A stretch of DNA of 64,000 nt from Octopus sinensis (Eukaryota), in the NCBI RefSeq assembly GCF_006345805.1, contig NC_043016.1:28830001-28894000 (forward strand). The letters run 5' to 3'. This document shows, one piece after another, positions 1 to 14,170 of the stretch. Within the stretch, counting starts at the first letter, position 1. Each line of letters starts with the position of its first letter. A program made the position numbers and the translations under genes. Below the pieces are notes generated by a model. The model was given only the letters and a program-made list of their open reading frames with translations. It ran no database searches and was not told where the DNA came from.

Positions 1-46
1 ATTGCATGGATAATTGCAGTTGATTGAAGTTTTTCAAATCAATGTA

Positions 47-220
47 TCACACGTGTGAGTCCTTATCGAATTTGTATTTAATATTTAGAATGCTGTTCTA
101 CAGTATTTTCCATTAGCCATATTGCATGTATGAAGGAGACGAAGATCATCTCCACACTGCTTGTAACTGGCGCTATTAACCGTAGCCAATCAGCAATCAG
201 CCCGAGATTTATGACGTAAT
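47..220 (+). promoter_or_regulatory. Candidate proximal promoter: E-box palindrome, NF-Y CCAAT box, CRE/ATF-like site
   Basis: TCACACGTGTGA 12-bp palindrome containing CACGTG (47-58); AGCCAATCAG (184-193); TGACGTAA (212-219). Non-repetitive, CpG-retaining sequence directly upstream of an ATG-containing exon with a consensus donor. Confidence 0.45.
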
Positions 221-392
221 TGATGAACGAACGACTAGGAAAGCATGGCGATTGCCTTACAGTTAGTGCAACTGGATCACCGTTACTGTACGACTGATTT
301 TATGTCGCAGAAACAGTTTGGATTGCTAATTACAACTTTACAGTATCAGAAGTGGATCTCACAATAGTTTAATATCTCCAAAGCAAATAGTT

Positions 393-472
393 ATGAGTTA
401 CGGCAGGCGAAACATGCTGCCAAAGTCAACTAGCACCTTGTCTAATACATCTACAGGAGCTAGCACTGACAA
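393..472 (+). CDS. Candidate first coding exon, MSYGRRNMLPKSTSTLSNTSTGASTD + AA (phase 2); product unknown
   Basis: ATG at 393 with an in-frame upstream TAA (327-329); open for 80 nt; ends at a perfect GTAAGT donor (473) followed by AT-rich microsatellite sequence. Too short for the ORF track. Confidence 0.5.
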
Positions 473-1512
473 GTAAGTTAAATATTCATACATACTTTTA
501 TGTATATGTATATATATATATATCCTCATCTTTGTTTTATATACTTATAATATTTTTTTATACATTTGAGGATGCAATGGGACACAAGCTAAAATACTCC
601 TTCTTTCACTCATTCTTCAAATGCATGCATGCTTGCATACATACATACATACACACGACACTCATACATACATACATACATACACATACACACGACACTC
701 ATACATACACATACAGATACATAAATACTCAACACTGATTTGTGTGTTTAATTTTTGTGTGTTTAATTATTTATATTCATGTATCAGCGAACAGCATTTT
801 AAGAAAGTGTTTCCAGGTTTTGCTGTAGCCTGTTGATTCTTTATAAGTTGTTTTCATTACTCTTGGCGTGCATTTGAAGTAAATTTGGTCTGCTATTTCT
901 TATAGGACAAGCGACCTCGTTGCTTTAGTGCATTTGTTTTTGTTGATGCTCTTATAAAAAAGACCATTCGCATGAATGCATATGATAAATATTTTAAATT
1001 AAACAACACCCTCTCATAGAGTGTTACAGGTAATTTACGATAAATTTTTTAAAAATTAAAAGATGCATTTTAGAAAGTGGAATTTACGACCGACCGTTTC
1101 TTGTATTCAGTATACAAGTTGGTTAAATCAATTAACAAGTGAATGTCAAATGAAAATATTTACTCATCCGCACAACCACTTACCAACACCGTTTCAATTT
1201 ATTTATTTTTATTTTGTTCTTCATTGATTCCATTTACTCCTTGTCTTTGAAATATTTAAAGAAATTATAATAAACACAGCTTTTTTTTCTTCTTCTTTAT
1301 TCATTTTGTATTTTTATGACTTCAACTTTTGATAATTCTTTTTTTTTTTTTTAATCTGCAATCAACGGTAAATTACTATTATCCGCCCAGGAACTAACTA
1401 ATTCTACAGTTATATTCACAACAATCTAATGTTTATCCTTAAATATATTTTTGAATAGTAATTTAGCACATTATACATACATACATATATATGTGTATAT
1501 ATATATATATAT

Positions 1513-1545
<33 letters not shown>

Positions 1546-2507
1546 AACGAAGAGAGAGAGAGAGGTATTAAGCAAAGTAGTTAATAGAAATATTATGGAG
1601 ATGAGAGCAAGTCACCCGTGTTTCACATTTGAAAAAGAAAAAGAAATTAAAAAGCCGCAATACAAACTAAAAACTATTGTTAGTAATAGTGTAATTTAGT
1701 GTAAAACTGTGTAAAAATAATAATGCAATGATGGGGACATGTTTCGTTATTATTTTATAATATTATTAATATCAGATGGACTCCAAGTATTTGACTGGTA
1801 CTTTAATTGGCAACACTTTGATTTCAATAACCACTGTTTTTTTTTTTAATTATAAGGACTATTCCCTCCTTATGTATCTCTCTTTCTCTCTTCATATATA
1901 TATATTAAATCAATGACAATTACGAAAGATTGCTGATATATACATCCTTGTCATTGATTTAATTTGGATTGCTACTCTTCAGAAGCAAATCACAGCACTA
2001 ATTTAAGTAATTATGTACATACATATATCAATTAATTTCTAATTTTGTTTGCTTTCAATTTACGATTCGTGTAGAGATTATTAAATGTGTTAGTTTACAT
2101 AATATTCCTGCCATTTTCGATGATGATGATGCATATTGTTATTTAATATTTTATTTTATAAACAGATAAAAATATATCGAATCCCAGCCTCTCTCTCCAC
2201 CCCTTTATTACCGTAATATGTACTTGTTTGGTGATTTGGTGTGTGTGTATATATATATATATAGTTATCCCGCAGTTTCAACATGTGTATTCAAGCACAT
2301 GTAATTTTCTTTCTCTCCCCTACATATATTTACACATACGGGCAGTATATATATATATATAATATACATAATCGTTTCTTGCATGTGTATATATGTATAC
2401 ATACATATATATATACACACACACACACAGTGTACACTAATTTCATTCTATCTACTTTCCTTTCTGTTTATATTCTTGCGTCTACCTTCCTCGTTCGCGC
2501 GCGCGCG

Positions 2508-2547
<40 letters not shown>

Positions 2548-4239
2548 CTCTCTCTCTCTCTCTCTCTCCTCATGTGACAACTTGCAGGATGGTTTGTCAC
2601 CAAATATTTATCTCGGTTTCGTGTTCAACATTAGACTGTCAACAAGTGCTGATATGTTTTTTTAATTCGTCTAATTAAAACTCCCCCAATACTGTCCTTC
2701 CTTCAATTCGCCATCGTAAATATTTGTATTAATGTGATTTAAAATTGGGGAGGGGGCGCGAATAACGAAGCAGCAATAAACATCACACCTATAATCACCA
2801 AGGACAACAACATAGCAATAGTAGCCAAATCTTCCTCATATCGCACAATGCCATCTTGAGAGAGAGAGAGAGAGAGAGTTTAGATAATGTATTCCTAGAT
2901 ATACCTAAAAAAATGGAATGGTATCAGCTGGAATGTTTTTGATCATTGATCTGATCAATCAGATTTAAGCAATAGTACCATAACTACCATATCAACACAA
3001 ACATCACATCACAATATGGTACCGTTATAATACGACATAAACCCCAAAATGCCATGTCACATACATACACACACTGTATGTGTGTGAAAAGACGGAAACT
3101 TATATAACGTAAATATTTATTATATATATATATATATATATCAGTGTTATAAGGAGTGATGCGCTAGGGAAGAAAATGAGGTGTCGATTCAGTTGACTAC
3201 TTCTGTACGGATGTGTGACCTTGCTCTAATATAAATAAATCATTATGATTACTTTGCAGAGGTTGGTGGGAAGAGAACGAGTGGAGTACTCGAACCTGTC
3301 TCTCCCCCCAAACGGCCTTGTGTCTACTAAAGAAACAACATTATTATTATTATTTTATTATGCATTTTGTCCTTGTACTGTCCCCAAACGTCTTGGGCCC
3401 GTGTGGTCAGTAAAAGAATTCGTTATTATTTCATCCTTCCGTGGTCAATAAAATAAAGTAACTAGTCAAATACTGTGTTTTATTTAATCGTCTAACCCCT
3501 CTCTTGTAAAAAAAAAAAAATCTAGCGATGCGCCTAAATTAGATTATAAAAAAAAGAAGACTTCTTCGAGCACGCACTGGGGTCGATGTAATCGACTTAA
3601 TACCTATGTCTGTTTGTCCCCTCTGTGTTTAGCCCCTTGTGGGTAATGAAGAAATAGGTATTTCGTCCGTCTTTACGTTGTGAGTTCAAGTTCTGCCGAG
3701 ATTGAATTTGCCTTTCGTCCTTTCGAACTCGATAAAATAAGTACCAGTTGCGTTCTGGAGTTGATGTACTCGACTAGCCTCTCTTCTAAAATTTCATATC
3801 TATTTTTCCCTATAGCAGTAATTATTATTATCATCATCATCATCATCATCATTGAACGGGCAAATGCTCTCTACTTCCTTCCATACCATCATAACATACA
3901 CCTCATGTAAAGGGAAAAAAAAAAAAAAATCATTGCCATGCACTTTAAAATAAACAGTGTAGGGCCTCTCATATTTACTCTGAAATATATATGGGTCGAT
4001 TGCTGACGACACAACACAGTTCATTCTCCGCTATTAATACACATCGTTATAAACCTCTGTGTGTGTGTGTGTTTGTATATATATATATATATATATACGT
4101 TCATACAATCACACCTTGTTCTTTACTGCTGTATATTGTATCAACTCAGACCAGAGGAATGGAAGGTGATGTGAATCCAGCTGGATTTGAACGCAGAATA
4201 CAAATTGATGAAAATAAATATTGTTAAAGTTTTTTTTTT

Positions 4240-4440
4240 CTTTGTTCAGCCCCCACCCCCAGGTGGTAATGATCAAGCAGTCAGGCTTATAATCAAAGGT
4301 ATTCCAGTTATGAATGTCCACCATGATACTGTATCGGGATTTCATTGTCTTAAGTTTACCCGTCTTATTTAAAAGATGATACGGTTGTTTGGATGCTATT
4401 TCTAGCAGATCGAACCACCCCGTTCTGGTTGCTGCTCTCA
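4240..4440 (-). repeat. Diverged copy of the abundant repeat with the GACCTATGATCAAAG / GCTATTTCTAGCAG motifs (probably a SINE 3' part with an (AAC)n tail)
   Basis: Matches related segments at about 2880-2990, 48030-48480 and 60360-61290 in this window. Confidence 0.55.
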
Positions 4441-4543
4441 TTGAATTAAGGACATACGTACCTAAATCTAAACATCGTAAACATTTTATATCATACATTT
4501 TCATTCGCACTACATACTGTGTGTGATAAATGTATGTATGCAT

Positions 4544-4591
<48 letters not shown>

Positions 4592-4707
4592 TGACATGTA
4601 TGTGTGTGTATGTATTCTTTTATACGTTTCAGCTATTCGGCTGCTGTCATACTGGAGCATCAGCATAAATGAATGAATGTATGTATTTGTTATGTATATA
4701 TGTATGT

Positions 4708-4758
<51 letters not shown>

Positions 4759-6203
4759 ATGTGTGTGTATGTATGAAGTGTGTGTGTGTGTGTGTATGTA
4801 TGAAATGTGTGTGTGTGTGTGTATATATGAAATGTATGTGTGTGTATGTATGTAATGTATGTGTGTGTGTGTATGTATGTATATGTGTGTGAGTGTATCT
4901 GTAATTACATATAAGTGTAAATATGTGTGTTCGCGCATATGTGTATATGCATAATTATATTTATGCATATATATATATATATGTATATTTATATGAACTG
5001 TTGTATCAAAATGGGCATACATATGTAGAAGTGTGCATGTGTGTGCGTTTATGTGTGCATTTTATATTATACATTCACTATACCTTGAGAATATGTCTTG
5101 AAGCATCACCACCTTTCTCTGTCTCTCTTTCTCTCTCTGACTATCTCTTTCTATCCATTCCTGTTGACACACACACACACTCTCTCTGCCTCTCTGTCCT
5201 CTTTTTTTCCCACTGAGGTAGCCATGTACCTCCTGAATAGCAAGACACCTATCTCTATCTTTCAATTTATACATTAATCTCTCATCGACTGGAAACAGCC
5301 TCCTCCCTCAATACTACTCTCTATTTTGGTAACTTGCAAGACAAGGACCCCTCTGTGGTGTCGTTATCTTGCAAGTTACTTGGTGACCCTGCTGGTGCTG
5401 GTGCCACATTAAAAGCATCCAGTGTACTCTGTAAAGTGTTTGGAATTATGAAGGGGCATCCAGCTGCAGAAAGCATGCCAAGCAGACAATAGAGCTTGGC
5501 ATAGTCTTCTGGTCAATTAGTTCCTGTCAAACCATACAATTTATGTCAACATGGAAAACAGACGTTAAATGATGATGATGATAATAAATCCATCCATCCA
5601 TCTATCTATCTAAACAAAGACCAGAATATGTGGCACCATTTTTAATGCTGTGTACACGTTTCATTACAAGAAGAAAAATACGTTTTGTGAATATAAATAT
5701 TAATAATAATAATAATAATAATAATATAAATATAATAAAATCATAATAGATACATATACCATATGTGTATAAATATGTAGAACATTCCCCATCTGTAAAT
5801 CTTCAGACACAGCTTGACTTGCAATCCCTTGTATACACCATGTGTGTGTGTGTATGTTGTGTATATAGTGTGTGTATGCACACACATACTCACGCACACA
5901 CACACACACACAAACACACACTCTTTCTGTTCCCTTTTCTATGCTCGCATTGGTTTGATGGACATTAGCTTTAACTATTTCTGTCAATGTCTACTCTAAA
6001 TATCCTGGCACTTCTTTATCCCTCTGCTATCATCCATACACTATATCAATATAATCTCTCTCTTGCACACTACATCTAATTCCTTTTATACTCGGCAGTA
6101 CAAACTGACACTACACATCTAGCTTTATTCCTCTCTAGCTTTTTTACAGGTGGATGTTAATTGATAATGATGAATTACATATATGTATTTGTGTGTGTGT
6201 GTA

Positions 6204-6413
6204 ATGTTGCATGGTCATTGGCCTTGAATACTGAAGACTTGCAAAGACTAGAAAGAAAGGAAGTTAGCATGTTCTGGATGTGCAACATTAGTGTGCATGA
6301 ATAGCAGAGTATAAATGAACTGAAAGAAAACCTGGGTATAAGAGGAATCAGATGCAGTATACAAGAGAGGAAGGATTTGTTAATATGGACATGTGATGTG
6401 TATGGAAGATGAC
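6204..6413 (+). mobile_element. RTE-clade LINE ORF2 C-terminal fragment (pseudogenised)
   Basis: Translates with frameshifts and stops as ...WALNTEDLQRLERKEVSML.WMCNISVHE..NELKENLGIRGIRCSIQER...GHVMCMED, typical of the RTE ORF2 end. Confidence 0.7.
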
Positions 6414-6872
6414 TACCTTATCACTCTATCACCTTACATATTTCCCTTCATTTTGCATCCTCACCTGGCCATCACATCTCCTTTGTTATTCTCATCTGAT
6501 TGTACTCCAATCAGTACAATCTCTTCTGTACCTCTGTTGCCACCCAACTTTATCTTGTAATCTACCCCTACATCTCTAGGATGCTCTTTAGCATTTCTTT
6601 CTCTTACTGCATGCTTTGTAGCCACCCCTCCTCTTGTTTTACACACACATACACACACACGTGTATGTGTGTGTGTATTGAGATATGTATGTAAATATAT
6701 ATATATATATATCAAAAATTTAGATTCAGATGTATATGGTACTTAAGTTGAGGCACTAGAATTTAATACGGTATTATCCATACAATTTCAAAGTAAGGTG
6801 ATTAAAATCAAAATAAGCAATGCTTATTTTGATATATATATATATATATATATAAAGAACAATCTTACTTAG

Positions 6873-7292
6873 ATGCCTTATTCATATGCATCACATGTCC
6901 AAACCAATGTTGAGTTCTCTCTCACATTCTCTTATGCCCAGATTTTCTCTCAACCTATTTGTCATACATGCATACTGCTGTTGGATATCCATTGGAGCAT
7001 ACTAGCTTCATTCCTCTTCAGTCTATGCATGTTGTCAGCATTCAGGGCTCATGTCTCACTACTATGGAGCACAGCTGTTTGTACACAAGCATCATACAAT
7101 CAGCCTTTCACTCTGAGAGAGAAAACTCTTTTGTTGCTAACAGAGGTAATAAGCTCTCTGAACTTCCTTCTTCCTATTCTTATTCTAGCAACAATACTTT
7201 CAGATCATCCTCCATCACTGCTAATCTGGTCACCTCGGTACCAGAAATTATTTACAACCTCAAGAAAGCCATCTGAACATTTGAGAAAGTCC
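6873..7292 (-). mobile_element. RTE-clade LINE ORF2 fragment (pseudogenised)
   Basis: Minus strand reads with stops and frameshifts: LEVVNNFWYRGDQISSDGG.SESIVARIRIGRRKFREL...FSLRVKG.LYDACVQTAVLHSSET.ALN...WFGHVMHM. Confidence 0.75.
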
Positions 7293-7882
7293 TCAGTGCT
7301 TATTGTTTCTGTGTATACCTTGTTGCCCCTCCCTCCCCATGTACCCATGTGTCACCACTAATTGCACTCCTCCTTCCCCTCCCCTCTCTTGCTTTGCACT
7401 GTCCTGAATTCCCTGCTCATACACCCTAGGCATTTCTCTACCATGCCATTTATATTTATATTTATCTCCTTGTCCCTTGAGAGTATGTCCTGGAGCATCG
7501 CTATCTCTCACTCTTTCTTACTCTCACTCGCACTCTCTCTCTCTCTTTGACTGGGGTAACTATGCATCTTCTCCACAGCATGACACCTGTTTCTGTCCCT
7601 CTATTCATACTCAAACTCCTCATCACCTGGTACAAAGACACTTCCCTCAGTATCACTTCTCACTCTCGAGGGATCTTTGTCTTGCAAGTAACTAGGTAAC
7701 CACACCAATACTGGTGCCATATAAAATACACCTAGGCCTCTCTATAAGGTGGTTGGCATTAGGAAAGGCATTCAGCCATAAAAGCTACACTAAAGCGGAC
7801 AGTGGAGCTTGACAGCTCTTTGGGTTACTAGCTTCTGTCAAACCATCCAACCAATGCTAGCATGGAAGGTGGATATTAAATG

Positions 7883-7949
<67 letters not shown>

Positions 7950-9131
7950 GTATATGGCATACTGTGTGCAATTTCTACCCCCTCCTTTTCTGCATATTGA
8001 GCATGGCCATTTCTTTAATGGTATTAGAACCCTGTTATATTTCCTTACTCAGTATTATGCATGTATCAAGAAATACACATGGTGAGTACTCTGTCATACT
8101 GGTCAAAATAAGGAAGTGATGAAAGCCAATTCATTTTCTATAGAAAGAATATAGAATATCAGATGAATTAAGAAGTATGTTAGAGAAGGAAACCTTCTGA
8201 GCACAATCATTTGACATGCTAAAAGTACTGTAGAATCATACCCTTGTTGTCTAACAGTACTGCAGACTCATATCCTTATTGTATTATCGGTAAGAACTAC
8301 TCATTCCATAATGTAGTCCTAGATACACTATGTCTGAAGGAGAGAAGGTAGGAAGGTTGAAGAAAGTGTCTGAGGATAGATTTCGTTATTGGCCATGCAG
8401 GGCTGAACACAGAATGAACAAAATACAAAGTAGAGCTTTTCTTTTTGGGAATAAGGAAAGGAAAAAAAAAAGTGGGTTGAATTCCCATCAAAAGGGAACG
8501 TGAAAAAAAAAGTGGGGAGAATATTAGGTTATATGTGTATGTGAGGGAGAGAGAGAGAAAGAAGAGAAGATAAAGTATAGAAAACTAAAAAGGAAGAGTA
8601 GAAAAAATTATTGTGAATAGAATGGGAAAGTAAGGGAAAATAATAGATGCACACATAACATCAATATCATCATCATTTTACATTCATTTTCTATGTTGTA
8701 CCAATTTTGCTTTAGTATCCCAGTTTTGTTATCATTTCTATGGTTAGATGTCCTTCCTAATACCAATCAATTTATAAAGTGTACTAGAGCACTACTTATT
8801 CATGACACTAACACTAGTAAGCTTTTCTTCACCAACCACTTACATAGTGAACTGGAAGCTTTCTTTTGTGGTACCAACATTATCGGGGGGGTGAGGGAGA
8901 TTCACTTTATAGCTTGCATGATGAAGGAGAGCCTCCACAACTCAACAGTAGAGGTTAAAATATAATGAAAGAAACAGATTTATTGTTGTGAGAGGATGGT
9001 AGTGGAGAGGAATAAGAGAGTTGGGTGGAGGGGGATAATATAGGAGACAGGTGGGAGTTAATGAAGAGTAATGTTAGGAGTAAGTGTGAAAGAGAGAGGT
9101 AATTAAAGGTAAGAGTGATGGGATTGGTCAA

Positions 9132-9334
9132 GTAGTTAGTTAGTTAGTTAGTTAGTTAATTTGGCTCAAAAGCAAATAGCAAGGCCATGTAGGGGGACAT
9201 GGAGTTAAGTACAGGGTGGTGTTCATGTAAAGAGTTCAGGCCACTTGAGGTCCAGGGAGGCTTTGAACAAAGCGGTCGTCGGCATCTTCACCATCTCATC
9301 TGGCAGCTTGTTCCACGGATCCGCAACCCGGATA
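9132..9334 (-). mobile_element. CR1-clade LINE 3' end with (AACT)n tail, 5'-truncated
   Basis: Reverse complement of the 60532-60811 copy; encodes RVADPWNKLPDEMVKMPTTALFKASLDLKWPELFT*. Confidence 0.8.
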
Positions 9335-11115
9335 GTAGGTATCTAGTGTTCCCCCATATTTATATGTTTGTGTGTGTGTGTGTTTTGTAAGTGCCAATGC
9401 ATGAAACTCTTGGACTTTGAATTACACTGCTCCTTCTGCTAAATATTAAAAATATACATATATTCATATTTTGAGTTCTATTTTTCTATTGTACCAATTC
9501 CTCCCCACACTATAATCATCATTACATTATGTCTGCTTTCTATGCCTGCATGGATTGAATGGTTTGTCAGGATGTAAGTCAGTTCTTATTGGAGTTGGAC
9601 AGATTTCTTTGTTGGGAAGAGACTGTAGGTGATGAACTTACAAAGATAGTGCTAGGGAAGAAGGTGATAGGAGGGAAAGCAAAAAAGTAGCATTTAGGGT
9701 TAGGGAGAGAGAGAGAGAGAGAGAGAGAGTCAGAGAATGATAAGGTTGGTGAAGTGGGTTGAATAGGAGAGGGCAGTATTACCCTGTGTTATATATGGGT
9801 AGGTAGACTGGTGCATGAAGGTGATGAGGAGGAACTGGAGAATATCCTCAAGGTGACATGTCCAAATGAATGTGGTGTCAGAAGATTTGGTTGAGGGTAA
9901 ATCCTTTCTCCCAACTCAAGCATCATGATCCAGAAAGTAGCAAGATGTGGATATAGGATGAGGAGTATGCCCAATATGCACAGATTGAGTGGTTTCCTCT
10001 CTGTTACAGGCGACATAATACAATGAGTAAGAGAAGGGAAAGTGTGGAGAAGAGAGATTATAGAATAGTCAATAGGCTGTAGATGATTGCATGTATGGCC
10101 CTAGTGTTTTATGAATCTTGTATGGGAGTTGGATCTTCTGCACCACTGTATCTCACTAGTCAACACTGTCATTTCCTTCATCATATCTAACATCTTGAGA
10201 TTACTTTTCACTTCAGTTTCTTCTAATATCCTCTGTCCACTTCACATGCTCATACCATTTCAGTCTCCTCTGATAACTATTTACAAAGTAAGGGATTTTT
10301 CTTTAATGTGGAGGTGACAGAGTGACTGGTCATAATGTCAACTTCATCGCTGTTTTGCTCAAACTGTGATAAGTGTAGAATATTAACATTCATGCAAATT
10401 AGCTTCCATACATGTGCACATATATGATGGATTTCCTACAGTTTCAATCTACCAAATTCTATCACAAGGCAGTGGTTGTTCTTGGGCTATAGCACAAGAT
10501 ACTTATCCAAAGTACCATCTTAGGTTCACTTTTCCATCTTGCATGGATCAGATAAAAGTTGTAGAAACATTTTTTCTTTGGCTGGATGCTTTTCCTGTCA
10601 CCAACTCTTATCTGTTTCCATGTAAAATAATATTTCTCATAGTCCTTCAAAGAAGTGCAACCAAATCACAGGACATGTGTACATGGGAGATTGTAGACAA
10701 ATGACACCATTTGGTATATAGTCCTCCATGAGAGCATGTTTGATACCACCATCATTTTAATGCTCACTTTTCCATACTTGCATGAATCAAACCAAGTTTA
10801 TTAAAGCAGATCTCCTATGATAGGATGTTCTTCCTTTTGCTTGATGCCTTACCTGTATCTAAGCAAGGTAATATTTCCCTATGACCTGATATGTTTTCGC
10901 AGAATACTGTATATGAATGGCATTCATTTACAATAATCACTTGATGTAAAGACAAGAGACACGCATATTTACACACACACACACACTTTCTATCTACCAA
11001 ATCCATTCACAAATATATATGTATATACATGTGTGTGTATATATATATATATATATATACACAAATATTTTATCATTAATTAAAATCTTAGGGTAGCAAG
11101 AATATTCATTGAAAA

Positions 11116-11262
11116 ATTCTCAGTTACCAGTAGTCTAGCGAGAAAGAAAAATTCTCTGTTACCAGTGGTCTGGCAAGAAAGAAAGATTCTCAGTTACCAG
11201 TGGTCTGGCAAGAAAGAAAGATTCTCAGTTACCAGTGGTCTAGCGGTCGTAGACCACTGGTA
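11116..11262. repeat. 35-bp tandem repeat (4 copies) ending in a 13-bp hairpin
   Basis: ATTCTCAGTTACCAGTGGTCTGGCAAGAAAGAAAG units start at 11116, 11151, 11186 and 11221; TACCAGTGGTCTA/TAGACCACTGGTA inverted pair at 11230-11262. Confidence 0.9.
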
Positions 11263-11560
11263 TTGTCTATATATATATACAAATATATATCTGTGTGTGT
11301 ATACACACACACATAAATTGTAATCAATACGAAACCTATGCTACATTGATATCTTCATCTTCCTTCCTGTCTTTTATATATTTCACTCTACAAAATTGGT
11401 ACACTCCAGTTATACCAGTGATAAGCACCAAGAGTTCCTGCACCAGTCAGACTCCCATAAATACCAGGTTTAATATGAGAATACTTCAGGAGTTAGTACT
11501 GATTGTTGCAAAAGGAATACACCAGGTTTTGCCCTACCTGAATTTACATTACATCATTTA

Positions 11561-11609
<49 letters not shown>

Positions 11610-11610
11610 C

Positions 11611-13785
11611 GTGCCAGGCCGGACCATCCATGACAACCTCCATCTGATGCGCTACATCATAGACAGGGTAGTTAACGAACCTGGCATGGGTGGGGCCCTG
11701 ATCAACTTGGATCAATCGAAAGCCTTTGATAGGGTAGACCATCGATACTTGGAGGCAGTCCTGAGAGCGGCTGGTTTCGGTCCCGTCTTCCGCGGCTGGA
11801 TAGCTGCCTTGTACAGAGGCATCCGTTCGGTAATTCGCGTAAATGGACATCTATCGAGACCTTTCGACATTGCACGTTCGGTCCGTCAGGATGCCCCCTC
11901 TCGGCGCTTCTATACGTATTGACTCTTGAGCCACTACTCTGCGGAAGCTGGCGACTCTAAGGGGCATCCCGCGAGAATTGGGATGCGGGACGAGCGTGTC
12001 TGCATACGCGGACGACGTCACCGTCATAGTGTCTAGCCACGAGCACATCGAGCTGGTCGGCGAGACACTGAAAAAAACTACGAAGCGGTGACAGGAGCGA
12101 AAATCAACCGGGAAAAGTCAGTGGGCTTGCGACTAGGCACCTGGAGAAGCAAGCCCATGCCGTCCACCAGCGCCTCCGTCGTGGGACGCTGGACCGACGG
12201 CCCGGTTGAGTTGCTCGGGGTCTGGTTCGGTCCGGACCTCCAAGTGGAGAAGAACTGGAACGAGAACGAGTAGGGTGGTCACTCTCGCCCGGCAATGGGC
12301 CGAGAGGAAACTGTCCCTAAAAGGTCGAGCGGAGGTGGCGAACACGTACATCGCGTCCGTCATCTACTACCGCCTGACCGTCGTACCTTGTCCCGACCCT
12401 ACCATTACCAAACTACAACGCATCCTCTTTCGCTTCTTGTGGAAAGGATGCGTCCCGATGGTCAGGCGATCCATTTGCTGTCAACACCCGTTAAAAGGAG
12501 GGCTGGGCATGCCGTGGTTGATGATGCGCAGACACGCGCTGAGACTGCGACATCTCTGGCTCTATGTAGACGACGGTGAACAGGTGTGGTCGCCGTTTGT
12601 GAGGCACGCTTTCCCCCCGCACTCGTCTCCATGACCGAACTGCAGTCGTGGATCAAAAAGAGGCCGAGGAAGGGCGAATGGCACCGCGAGTGTCGCGTTG
12701 CTCTCAAGCAACTCTGCCGTCCTGGGTCGACCTTAAGTGACTTCAACACAACCAAAGCATTCTATAGGGGTTTAGTGGAGGGGAGGTACGACGACGAGTC
12801 GGGGCGAACCTGGACGTCGACGAGGAGTACCTGACCCGCCCGCCTGTTCGGGACGACTTTCGGGCCAGGGCCCATGGACAACTTCCAGAGATCCCTGGCC
12901 TGGCAGTGCTACCGAGAAGCGCTACCCGTTCGGGATAAGCTCTACAGACACGGCTCGAGAAACACGGGGCCGACCTGCCCGAGATGCGGTCAGAGCGACG
13001 AAACCGTTCTGCACGCACTCGTTCAGTGTCCAACAATTTCCGACCTGTGGGCTTATGTCGAACAACTGCTGTCACGTGTGGGACGAGTCGGTTTATCAGC
13101 TGAGTCTATCGTCAATATTGTCACGCCTCCTTCCTTCAAACGGGAAGAAGAGCTATTTTCATCATCCTTGTGGCTATGGCGAAAGAATGTATCTGGTGGA
13201 CGCGTCTAAAGGATTGGAGACAAACACTTTCCTCTCTGGTCAATCTCTCATCAACTTCTTCAAGTACCACTTGAAAAGGAAGTGAGAGTAGAGAGGCAAG
13301 TTTTGTCTAGCGAATGTTTTAAAAAAAGATGGGTGAATGTAGCAAGAATGGCACGTATGAATGACGAAGCCACCTTGAGCATAGTCCTATGAACCCAGAA
13401 ATCGAAAACAGAGAGTTGCTTATTTGCAAAAAAAAAAAAAAAAAAAAAAAAATATAAAATGTGACTTCATTGACCGAGGTTACCGTGGTCTTTTCCGTAG
13501 GCTTTTCTTTCCACGGGGAAACCTCACCTGTCCCCCCCTTTACACTTCATATTGACATTTCTGTGATAACGATCCCTATTGATCAATTTTTTTTTTTTCC
13601 TCTCCCCCCCCCTTTTTTTTTTTTTTAACCCCCCTTTTTTTTGTCCTCCCTCTCTCCTTTTACGATCCCTTTTGATCGAAACTCCCCCTTCCTTTTTTTT
13701 TTTTTTTTTTTTAAACCTTCAAAAGAAAAGCTCTACCTTGTAATTTGTTCTATCTGTGTGCAGCCCTGTGTGGCTAATAAAGAAA
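11611..13785 (+). mobile_element. Tx1/L1-clade non-LTR retrotransposon, 5'-truncated, frameshifted ORF2 (RT + Cys-rich C-terminus) plus 3' UTR
   Basis: GRTIHDNLHL, LDQSKAFDRVDH, SVRQ(G)CPLS, SAYADDVT, GAKINREKS and CPRCGQSDETVLHALVQC motifs across ORFs 11611-13209; ORF2 stop at about 13392; 3' end GGCTAATAAAGAAA; high GC and CpG content. Confidence 0.95.
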
Positions 13786-13786
13786 C

Positions 13787-13983
<197 letters not shown>

Positions 13984-14170
13984 ATATATATATATATATA
14001 TATGAATGATGTAATATAAGTTTGGGTTTGGGCAGTTTTTACACATAAGAGAGAACTTTTTCTCCAGGTACCTGAAGAAGTTGAAATATGTCACAAACAT
14101 ATTTTAACCAACTTAAAGTGTGCTTATGCCAAAACAAACTTGTTGATACTGCTGGATGTATGTATGTATG

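Noticed and set aside
4109-4666. 185-aa minus-strand ORF with a protein-looking middle (…RAATRTGWFDLLEIASKQ…)
   Set aside because: The N-terminus is (TA/CA)n, the middle is a diverged copy of a dispersed repeat also seen at 48030-48480 and 60360-61290, and the C-terminus is a SINE fragment; this is a chance open frame.
532-5999. Numerous His/Thr/Tyr/Ile- or Cys/Val-rich ORFs here and throughout the window
   Set aside because: They are translations of (CA)n, (TA)n, (TATC)n, (ATT)n and (CT)n microsatellites, which lack stops in some frames.
6873-7890. Second 5'-inverted LINE (minus-strand RTE followed by a plus-strand RTE-type tail)
   Set aside because: The plus-strand part matches the family-C SINE body rather than the continuation of the RTE ORF, so independent insertions are more likely.
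13427-13715. ENE-like triple-helix element (A-tract plus U-tracts) in the Tx1 3' UTR
   Set aside because: The U-rich tracts are flanked by C-runs with no complementary G-runs, so the required stems cannot form.
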